Shown: one piece after another, positions 46,624 through 56,863 of the stretch
How positions within the stretch are numbered: position 1 is the stretch's first letter
Layout of the letters: each line of letters opens with the position of its first letter
Assembly (NCBI GenBank): GCA_965603825.1
Contig: CBFDEM010000027.1
Location: 496,001-560,000, forward strand
Length of the DNA: 64,000 bases
Reading direction: 5' to 3'
Origin: Blepharisma stoltei ATCC 30299
Lineage: Eukaryota > Protista > Ciliophora
Notes under the pieces: generated by a model
The model's input: only the letters and a program-made list of their open reading frames with translations
Databases searched by the model: none
What the model was told of the DNA's origin: nothing
Program-made: the position numbers and the translations under genes

Positions 46624-48138
46624 ATGGGAAATAATAGAAGCAGACTCTCAGATAATCCCCCTTCTATCCAAGCTCCACAAGCAAGGCCAAATACATTTAT
46701 ACCTGCTTACCACAAACCACTGAGTTCGGGAATATGGGAAAGCTCAGGCTCAGGAAAAACCCGAAGATCTGCTCACATTCAGTCATCAAATTACTCCAAT
46801 TGTGGACTCATTGAAGAAGCACCGAAAGCAAGCAATTTGTATGTGAATTGCCCTCAATGTGCCTCTTTGGCCTATGATGGAGGCTTATGCAAAAGGGTTA
46901 AATGCGAAAGGTGTGGGATTTATTTCAGAAGAGATGATGATGAAAATATAAGAGAAGAATCGCCGCCTCCAAGCTCAAATTTTGAAGAAGTTTTTCAGGA
47001 ATGCAATAATGTACCAGGGAGCGAAGAAATTGGGGAATTAGTCACGATTACACTTGGGTTGTTTAGAGAAGGGGTGCCTGCAGAATTTATGATCGGAGGC
47101 AAACCGAATTTTCCTGTTATATTTGGGTATTATTTAGGGCCTTATTTTCAGAAGAGATTAAGGTGCCTTGGGATTGGAGACTATTTTTCATATGGAGATG
47201 CGAAATTCAAAGTGCTGGGAGCTTATCCGAGCTTTGGGTTGGTAAAGAACCAAACAGTGATATTTTGTTTTGATATTTTGACTGAGCACCCAATAAGCAG
47301 AGTGCAGATACTGCCAATTAGGCCTTCGATTATTAATGAAGAAATATATAAGTCATCGCTCCGGCCCTTTTTCAAAAGAAGACCTCGCCACATTCATACA
47401 GGGCAATATCTATATTTGAACTCAATGAACTTCATGGTTGTGCAAGGACAACCTATTGACGGAATTGTGAATCCTAACACCCAATTCTTTTTTCAAGGCG
47501 AACCCCTCGACATTATTCATACTGTAAGCTTAACTCCTTTAATTGAAGATCTACCTTCTTCATATCAGCGACTCAGCCAATCAGCTCTTATCGAAGAAGT
47601 CTTGAACTCTTTCATTATGCCATTTGTCCAAGGTGTAAGAAGAGTCGTAACTCAAGACCAAATAATAAACATTAATGGGGTAGGATTTATGGTCACAGAC
47701 TGTTATCCTCCTCGAGGAGTAATCGACGACTTTACGCAAATTGTGTATGATGGATCTTTTGGAAGCAGAATTCCTCCAAGTTTTGAACAAATCCTTTCTT
47801 TAGGAAGCAGAGGGCTTACTGACCAACAAATGCTGGCTCTTGCAAGACAAGTTGTTGAGCTTGAACAAGTGATGCGTGCCATGGGGCAACAACAAATTCA
47901 AGGGGCATCTCAAGATGCCATTGCGATGCTGCCAACTCATAAAATAGCGGTGATCCCAGAAGACCCAGAAGCTGCAAAGTGCATGGTTTGCCTGAGTGAG
48001 TATGGTATTGGAGAAGAGGTTAAAACACTTCCATGTTGTAAGATTTATGTAGTTCATATGTTCCACACAGCTTGCGTTAATGAATGACTTCAAAGAAGCA
48101 CATTGTGTCCATTATGCAAAACACCAATAGACTCTTAA
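46624..48138 (+). CDS. RING-H2 E3 ligase with Zn ribbon and three CDC48/p97-Nc-like domains
   Basis: After splicing 48038-48052: CMVC..LPCFHMFHTACVNE[TGA]LQRSTLCPLCK; N-terminal CPQC..CERC; three internal repeats. Confidence 0.85.
48038..48052 (+). other. 15-nt stop-free intron GTAAGATTTATGTAG inside the RING domain
   Basis: Consensus match; removal restores C-x-H-x2-H-x2-C spacing. Confidence 0.85.
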
Positions 48139-48603
48139 TATAATTTTAAAGATAACTATATGTAGATGGAATTTTGATGGCTATTTTTTAATAAGGTTTG
48201 CTCATAAATATTCTTAATCCTAAATTTTATTATTATATTTGCTTTCTATTGAGCCAATGTAATTAAATTCAGCTTTTAGGATTTTTAGCCAAAATATAGA
48301 GAAGAGACTCTCAGGAGGGAAACAATTGATTGATTTAGTATTCAGGAGAGTCTAGCTTGAGCTGGTAAATTTGCTCCATCAATTTTTGAATAAAGATACC
48401 TCTTGCTAAATTAAAGATTAAATATTAATTATTAAATTTTTAAGGAAAGTTAAATCAAATTATGAATAATCACCTATTTTAATAATCAAAATATTATAAA
48501 AAGTACTGTAAAATCTTAAATATTGCAGCAATTTTTTATCAAATATTTTGCTCATCATATTTTTCATGCTTCGTTAATTTGTGAATGTTTAATTTCTAAA
48601 TTA

Positions 48604-49233
48604 TTATCTTCTCCTTCTATTTTTTTGATACATCTCAAAACCTTGCATTCTAAACATTTCAACCTCTTCATCTGTCATCTTATATCCGTAGACTCCTGGC
48701 AAATCCATTTCCTTCCTTGTTTCTTCTGTGAACACATGCAAATAAACATCTTTAAGGAGTACCATAAGTCATCCTGAATCCCTAACTCCACTAACTCGGA
48801 AATATTGGCAGTCAGGAACATTAGCTTCTCGTAATGCTCTGACAAGGCTATAAGCAATTCTTGAAATATGTCTTGGAGAATACCCAGTACAAATCATGAC
48901 TGTGGTAAAAGGAGTATTGTTAGTGTATTTTCTTATATCAATCACATCAATATCTGTGGCCTGCTCGTATTCTAAAAATCTCTGGATTCTTTTTAAGCTT
49001 GGAAATTTGTCAGATCGAAATTTCACTCTTTGGTACCTGAGAACAACTTGGCCTTGAGCCCATAATGCTCCTTTTTCTGGTCTTGTGACTAAGATTTCTT
49101 TTTTAGCTTTTGATGGAAGAGTTGATTCGATAAAATTTGTAGTTTCGGGAGGCCTGAATAGAATTTACTTTGCTTCTTCAGAAAAGGCACGAGCACCATA
49201 TAGCAACCTTGAAAGCCTAGAAAATTTTAGCAT
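48604..49233 (-). CDS. RsfS/Iojap/MALSU1-family mitoribosome factor
   Basis: DIDVIDI, VMICTGYSPRH, DSG[TGA]LMV, LHVFTEETR; presequence-like MLKFSRLSRLL; intron 49154-49168. Confidence 0.85.
49154..49168 (-). other. 15-nt intron GTAAATTCTATTCAG
   Basis: Consensus match; removes an in-frame TAA. Confidence 0.85.
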
Positions 49234-49805
49234 TATAAATCAAGATGAAATAATTTAGCAAAAGTTAAGCTAAGGTAAAGCCAATCAAATATGATTTTTA
49301 TTTTCAAAAAAATAATTATTATGTTGGATGCATTTTGCAAAATACCTGCTTTAAATAATAAGAAATACTTGTATATGCATTTTGAAGAGGAATAATAAAT
49401 AATTGATTTTTGTGAGCCATTATTGGTTAAATTGCTTTTTAAGGAAACAAATGCTCACTATTATAATCCTTTCTAGCGAAATTGGCAATAATTTACCAAA
49501 CAAAATCTTCCTTTGTGCAATAGTTAATAGTTTTACAAAAAAGGTAGCTTTTGTTTCTAATGTATGCATGAATTGTTATAAAATAAATAAGTAATTGGAA
49601 TATTCAATTTATAGTAGGCTATTTTAAAATATCTGATAAAAATAATAAAGCTCATGCAATCTGATATGATTTCTCAAGCCATTTCTTTTTATTGAAGTAA
49701 AATTTATTTGCTGACTGCAACTAGATATAAAAAATCCTCTGCTTATTGAATTCTTTGAAAATATGTCATCCATAATCAGTTTAGTATATAAATAGTTTTT
49801 TTCAA

Positions 49806-50930
49806 ATGAACTCGACCGGATTGTATCCTTTACATAGTGTCATCATGAAATCTTTGACATGGACAAGGGATTCTCATGGCCTCTTTGACTATGAGTCAAG
49901 AAATATATGCAAAAAAAGTTTAAAAGCCTACGGACCATGCGAAATTTTAAGGAAAGGCAATGAAGTGAATCTTTATACATCAATGAATGGCCACTCACAA
50001 TATACAGCTGAGTCAAAACCTCTTGCTTCCCTCTTTCAGACAGATACGGGCTTATTTTTTGTAAAGCCTGTGGAAAACGAGCAACTTTGACTTGTGGTGA
50101 GGTCCTATAAACAGCCGGGCTTAGAAAATGGTTATGAACTCTCTGAAGGCGAAGTAGTTAAATTTGGCCGTGTCAGATTCAGGATAAGATCAATTAAAAC
50201 AACTCCCTCAAGGGAGCTTGATACTATAGATGACGAAGCTTTAATCGTAGACTCAACTATAGGCAGCGAATGCAAAATCTGCAGAATATGCCTTTCAGAT
50301 GGTAGTGAGCCTGAAAATCCTATGATTTCTCCCTGCAAGTGCTCAGGATCAGTAAAATATATCCATTTTAATTGTTTACTGCGATGGATATCTTCAAGGC
50401 TCGCTGTGAAATCAAACGAAAACTTGAATTCTTATTACTGGAAGTCTGCAGTTTGCGAAATATGCAAGCAAGAGTTTCCAATGTCAATAAATTATCAAGG
50501 AAGAACCAGTGAACTCTTCCCAATTGAAAAGCCTTCAGCGCCTTATTTAATTCTAGAAGAAATCAGTAAGGAGAAAAGCAGTAAATCAATTCACGTTGTA
50601 CATTTAACGACAAAAAATTCGATAAGACTTGGGAGAGGACATGAAAGTGAACTCAGAATTTCTGATATTTCAGTTTCAAGATGTCATGCGCATATTTTGT
50701 TTAGAAATGGATCTTTTTACCTAGAAGATAATCGATCAAAATTTGGAACGCTTATTGAAGTTTCTGAAGGATACGCTCTAGACCCGAATTCGCAGATTGC
50801 AATGCAAGTGGGAAGGACTGTCATTTCATTTTTCGTAAAAAGTGAAGGCCAGACGCATGCTAATGAGCTAGACTCTTTAAATATGTCACTTGATGAAACA
50901 GTTGCCGATCCAGATTTTGAAGAAGATTAA
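49806..50930 (+). CDS. FHA-like + RINGv + FHA protein
   Basis: TWTRDSHGLFDYE, CRIC..PCKCSGS..HFNC..CEIC, LGRGHE..SVSRCHA..SKFGT; one TGA at 50088. Confidence 0.9.
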
Positions 50931-51179
50931 TTAGCTTAATTTTCTTTATCAAAATAGAAAATTTCTATTATAAATAATATATTTAACAGATTCAGCTTGC
51001 GTTACAATTAAAAGAATCGAATTTAATCTGCATAATGTCAATTAATCATAGCGGCTTCATTTTAATTTTCCAAATAGGTTACATTTCTAGGGCTATTAAC
51101 TAGAAATTCTTTAAATTTCACCATTCATTTAAATTTCTCTCCTATCAAATTACTTTATTTATTTTTCTAACTAATAAAG

Positions 51180-52184
51180 ATGTCTCACGGAGAACGAAAA
51201 ATTTGGAACCAAATGGTATCCAATAAGTAGGAGGATTCAGCTATCCAAAACTTAGTTGAAGAATTCGGAGAAAAAAACTGGATTTTAATTTCAGAAAAGC
51301 TAGCTGAGAAATATGGAATCACAGACAGAACTGGCAAGCAGTGTCGAGAACGCTGGCACAATCATATCAATCCAAAACTTAAAAAAGGTGCTTGGAGCAA
51401 GGAAGAAGAAAGAATTCTGTTTCGGCAACAAATGCTATATGGAAATCGATGGTCAGAAATAGGAAAGCATCTTCCTGGGAGGTCTGATAATTCAATTAAA
51501 AATCAGTTTTACAGTGCAATAAGAAAAAACTTAAGAAAATACAATAGGAATAAGCCTGCAGCCGAACAAATATACGGATCAGTAAAAGAGATACTCCTAG
51601 ATCCTGAAATGGCAAAAATTTTGATTAATTATGACGAAATACTTAACGATAAAAGTAAAGGAAAAAAGAAAAATAAAAAGCGTATAAGGACAAAGAGAAC
51701 GTCCATTACTGTTGAAGCCTCATCTATTTTGCACTCCCTTTATGACGATTCTAAAGAAAAGGCTGAAAATTCTGTTTCTGCAACAAAAGAGTCACGAAAA
51801 TCTCTTCCCATTAAAATAGAAAATGTAAAAGCAGTAGAGCTAAAAATCGACTCAGCAACTCCAATTTCAAGCATCAATACAGCAGCACCGTTAACTGGTT
51901 ACACTCCTAAGTTTATGAAAGCGCATATCTTTAATTTTCCTGATGATGCTTTGAATGTTTTTAATTGGGATAACTATAACAATACAGATTTAGATGGCAT
52001 TCATGGATCTGATTCGCTTACTTTGATTCCAGATACGATGCCCATTCAAAAATCAGATTCTTTGCAAGAATCATTAGGCTTCATGAAGCAAATGCAGTCT
52101 CCGCATGCAAATTCATTTATTCTGCCTCCGTTTTCTCCAATGGATTCATTTCAGCATTATCTTACCCCTAGAAATAATAAATAG
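51180..52184 (+). CDS. R2R3-type Myb transcription factor
   Basis: IWNQM|EED, RTGKQCRERWHNH, WSKEEE, GNRWSEI..PGRSDNSIKN; intron 51216-51230. Confidence 0.92.
51216..51230 (+). other. 15-nt intron GTATCCAATAAGTAG
   Basis: Removal restores the first Myb helix and removes a TAG. Confidence 0.9.
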
Positions 52185-52364
52185 TGTAAATATATCTTAT
52201 TAAAATACTATTATCATTAAAGAACAAATCACAATATAGGTCGCTCAATTTGTTTTATGCAACTATTAAATCTATTTTTTTATATAAAAATAATTTTATG
52301 TTTAAAATTTACATAAGCAGATTATCTTATTGAAAACTAAAATCATTGAAAATCGAATGATATT

Positions 52365-53342
52365 TTATGCTCTCAATTCACTTTTATGGATACTTTTGGA
52401 TTTTGTACTTAGTGTATCAATTAGCTTCTTGTCTTGCTCGGTTTGTGTCTGTTTAAAACCAAAAACGCATCGATTCAGCAGCTTCTTTGGATCCTGCGCC
52501 ATATTATAATTCGGTGGCTTTTCTAGCTCAGTAAAGAAAGCCAATATATTTTTTGTAATTGCATTTTTATCATTTTTTTCATCTTTTACCTTAGGATTTA
52601 TTTCTGTCAATTTTTGCTTCAAAGTCCCTGGATTAACTAGACTAGAAATTCTTCTAGCCCCATATTTTTCGTTATATTTTTTTAGCATTTCTTTTCTCTC
52701 TTCAGGACTTTCATACAGTTTACGCAGAAAAACCTTATCATTATTCCAAGGAACACCTGGATTTGCTTCACAAAAAATTGATAATCCATGCATTTCTTTT
52801 CTAAAATCTTTTAAACGGCCTTCTATATTGTCCATTTGGTCAAGTGTCTTTTTTTGTTTTTCAGCCCATGATGTCATTGTCCTGCCAAATCTTCTTTCAG
52901 GCGTTGAATCTTGACTATTTTGCCTTCTCTCAATTGGGGTTATTGATCTTTTAAGATTACGGTCTGTGTTGCTTCCTTTTCCGATTTTTCAAGAATTCAA
53001 TCTATGTGTTGAATCCTTTAATGTGTCTCTTAAAACTGTCTTTCCATTAAGTTTAGGTAGACTAGGGTACTTGATTTCATCGCTATCTTCGTTTGGCATT
53101 TGAAGAATTTTTGGAGGACGTTTATTTAAATCTTGGGTTTTGATTATTTTCTGTTTTTCTAGCATTTCTCGGAATTGTTCAACTTCCCTATAAATTTTGT
53201 TAATATTTCTCCTGGATTCACCAGTAATTTTTGTCTTAAAAGCTTTATTTTGGAGTTCTTCTAAATTAATTGTCAAATTAAGTGTTTCATTTAAAGCCTC
53301 TTTCAGTTCAAGTGCGAAATGGGTGTTGCTCTCTAGATTCAT
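52365..53342 (-). CDS. Hypothetical coiled-coil protein (~325 aa)
   Basis: ORFs 52989 and 52365 share a frame, joined by TGA. Confidence 0.7.
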
Positions 53343-53376
53343 TTAATATAAGTATTAATTCACTTTTAAAATGGTT

Positions 53377-54096
53377 TTACTTATCAATATTTTTAAGAAA
53401 AGTGTCAAGATGTTTTCCTTGATATTCCAAGAAATCAAGCTCTGTTTTTCTTTTCGCTTCATTCGCTGCTTTCTTTTCTTCATATTTCCTCAAAAGCGCA
53501 TCTTTCTTGTTGAGTAGCTCAGACTTCTTGTTTTCAAGCCTAATTCTCTGCTTTTCCAGTTCATCTTTCTTCTCTTGGAGCTCACTTTTGCCTTCTTCTG
53601 CTTGCAGCTGTTTTCTCGTCCCAAAAGTTACTGAGCTTTGATATAGAGTTTGGTATGCCGCAATCGTCATTTTAATTTCATCACGGACTCTCATTAAAAG
53701 AAGACCTCTTTCAGGACACTTGATTGTGACTTGTCTAATAATTTCATCAAAGCATTGAGAATAAAGCTCTTCTCTTACTGGGCAGATCCCTGAATCTCTG
53801 GCTTGTCTTTCCATTAGTTTTTGATCGAGTTTTTCTTTGAGAGTGATTACATCTTGACGTGATGCAGATTGGTGAGAGACGTATTGGATAAAACGCTTTT
53901 CGTCCTGAGTTCATTCACGAGGTGGGAGGATGGAGTTCAAATATTCTTCAATGGTAGGTTTACTCTCCATTGGAGGGAGTGTTCCACGCTTACGGCCAGC
54001 TGGACCTAGAAGACGCTTCTTAGGGGAAACAAAATCGGATGAAGTTTCAACTGGAGGGTCGTATTGAATTAGGGTTTCTCTGGGTGGGCCTTCCAT
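53377..54096 (-). CDS. DNALI1: Axonemal inner-arm dynein light intermediate chain p28
   Basis: LNSILPPRE[TGA], RQARDSGICPVREELYSQCFDE, ERGLLLMRVRDE. Confidence 0.95.
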
Positions 54097-54152
54097 AATA
54101 ACTGTTTAATAAATTATTAAAATTATTACGTGACAAAAGATTAGAATATTAC

Positions 54153-55052
54153 TTAGTATGAACTCAGATGAGATGAAACTCCGTTGCTCTCATGCGAATT
54201 ATAATGTGTTTTCTCTAATTTTTTCTTATCTTGATGACATTTCCAAACTCTTTTAGAGAACAAAACAATCAATGAAAAGACAAATATAACCAGATATGCA
54301 ACTCCTATCACAGGTCAAGCAAGCCCTTCAAGAGTTGTAGGAGCTGCAACATAATAGCTTGCGGCACATTGGCTAAGACAAGTATTGCACGTGCAAGGTT
54401 GAACAGGGTACCCATAAGCGGTAGTCACATTTGTATTACAAGGCAAAAATTGAAGATCCAAAGATGTAGGCTCATCTGATAAGAAAAATGTAACCCATGC
54501 CAAGCCTATTGGTATTCCTTCATATCCTTGAAATTCCAAAAACCCTTGTGGGCTCTGCATCGCAGAAACTTGGGTCACATAGGGGCACTTTTGGCACGAT
54601 TGATAAATTTCGCACGCTAAAGAATTAGTAACAGTAAAATTAACCAATAAAGCAAGTACTTTTTGTTCAGGCGAAACAGGATTCGGGACATATTTTTGTT
54701 CTCCAGCTGAAACAAATTGAGATTGCAGAGGGTTGCATGTAAAGTGGCATCACATCAGTTTAATATTCGCTGCACAGATATCACAGCCTCCTACAGAGTG
54801 CCCAAATGTTTCTCCAATAAGGAAGAATTTGTAGTTCATGGCTGAATTTTGGTCATCATTGCAGCAGACTTCTTGGTCCAGAAATGTAGGGCAGGCATAT
54901 GGGGCAGTAAAATTCTCATGAAAGGAAGGGATAGGAGGGCTGACTGCTTGAGGAACATCACATTGGTAGGGTGGCTGAGAACAATGTTGAGTCATAGAGC
55001 ACATGCTATACACCTGTGCAAAATTCAAGAAAATCCATAGCATTATCACCAT
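54153..55052 (-). CDS. Stand-alone NPC1 N-terminal-domain protein with signal peptide and single C-terminal TM
   Basis: CP..CC..Q, CDICAANI..[TGA]CHFTCNPLQSQF, IYQSC, PC..CTCNTCLSQC, then a TM helix and TAA 54153. Confidence 0.8.
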
Positions 55053-55241
55053 TATTTCGCCATGGTAAAAAGCTCATGTTTGTGTATAAGAAGTTAATTA
55101 AAAATTTTCTGAAATTAATTGAAAAGATCAAAATAAATGCTGTTTTATTATTATTATTAATAAAAAATTTATTCATAAATTAATCATATTTATTATTATT
55201 TATAATCAAAGCCCTTTTAATTATGTTATTATTTCTATTAC

Positions 55242-56549
55242 TTATTTAATCGTTTTACCATTGCTATAGTTGGCTTTGGTTATCTTCCCATTTTCATCAG
55301 TAGAATAACCAATGCCATGTTTTTTTCCATCAAGCCACCCTCCCGCATACTTTTTTCCATCTGCCCATGTATAAATTCCAAATCCTGTCCTTTTACCAAC
55401 ACTCCATTCCCCATAATATTCCCTACCATCAGCCCACACAAATTTTCCAACCCCATGAAAAACATTATCTTTCCATTGTCCAGTATATTTGGACCCATCT
55501 ATTCAGCAATACTCTCCTACACCTTCCTTCAAATTATCCTTGTACTCTCCTATATAAGTCGATCCATCTACTCACAGATTTCTTCCGATCCCATTTTGTT
55601 TATCGTTTGACCAAAAGCCTGCATAAAGGTCTCCGTTTTCTCATATATTTCTCCCTCTTCCTTCACGAATTTTCCCTTTCATTTCTCCATAATATTTTAT
55701 TTTTCCAGGAAAAGTATGTTCTTTAAGTTTTGCAGTTAATTGAGTATCAAATATATTTTCAGTGTTCGCTTTATGCTGCTCTAAAATCTCAATGACGTCT
55801 CCGAAATCTTTTTCCAGCTTTCTTAGTTTTTCTAAATGCTCCTCTGAATATCTTGGACCCTCTTTAGCTTCTTTGCATTTTTTATATAGTCAAGCTGCTT
55901 ATAAATTACCATATCCATCTGTTGCTGCATTCTTTTTATTCAAGTCAAACGAATAGAGGCATCTTCATTCTCCTTCATAAACGTCTTCTCTTTTATAATG
56001 AAAAATTCCTTCTCCAAATGGGTAACCATAGCTTCATTCTCCTTGATATTGTGACCCATCATTTCATACCATTATTCCATATCCATCTCTGAACCCTCCT
56101 TTCCATTCACCTTCATAAGTAGATCCATCCAAATAAGTATAAATTTTTCGCTTTTTCCGTTTGAGCAATCCATTTGCAGGGGATACTGTTTCCTTTATGT
56201 AATCACTTGAAAAGTAGTTGTGATTGAGTTTTCGGTAATTTTTGAACTGTAGATATTGTCGGATGTTATAGAATATTCGAAATGCTTGCTGGATTCTTAA
56301 GGCAGCTTCTTCTCTTTGCTGCTCGAGGCCGTCGACAAAGCTTTTGAGATCTGATGAAGCTGTATTTGATGGCTCAGGCTCTTGGAGAGAATGGTGGAAT
56401 GGTGGAGGATCTTGAGTTGGCGCTGCATTTTGAAGGTTTTTAATGCTTTTTCTATTCTGTATAGAAATTCTGGCTATTGATTGCTTTAAATCTAATTCGT
56501 GCCCTCCTTCTGAACCTTGGCAAAATTGTGAACAATTGAGGTTTCCCAT
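55242..56549 (-). CDS. IQ-motif + MORN-repeat protein, probably N-acylated
   Basis: IQQAFR; many YxGxWxxGxxxGxG repeats with Trp often encoded by TGA; MGNLNC start. Confidence 0.88.
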
Positions 56550-56863
56550 TTCAAAATTTATTTATACTTTTAACTTATTAAATACAAATTTCATAAAATA
56601 ATTTAAAAAAATAATTAGTGTTAAATACTTAATATTCATGCTTAAGTTTGAAGTGAAATTAAAACCTATATTACTATTAAAAAATTTATGTCTCCAAAAT
56701 ATATAAAATGATACTTATGAATTGATGTAGTCCCATTTTTTGTAATTTATTAGATATTTATTTTAAATTTTTAGCGATAAGCTTAGAGTATTTTGCATTT
56801 TTATGAGCAATTTAACGCATTAAGTCTCCACTATTTAATTAAGCTTAATTCGTTTCTTAGCTA

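Noticed and set aside
48780-48795. Telomere-like CCCTAAC
   Set aside because: Single imperfect unit inside a coding sequence.
25568-56549. Ciliary gene cluster (RIB43A, ARMC9-like, DNALI1, MORN)
   Set aside because: Dispersed among unrelated genes; this density is expected in a ciliate genome.
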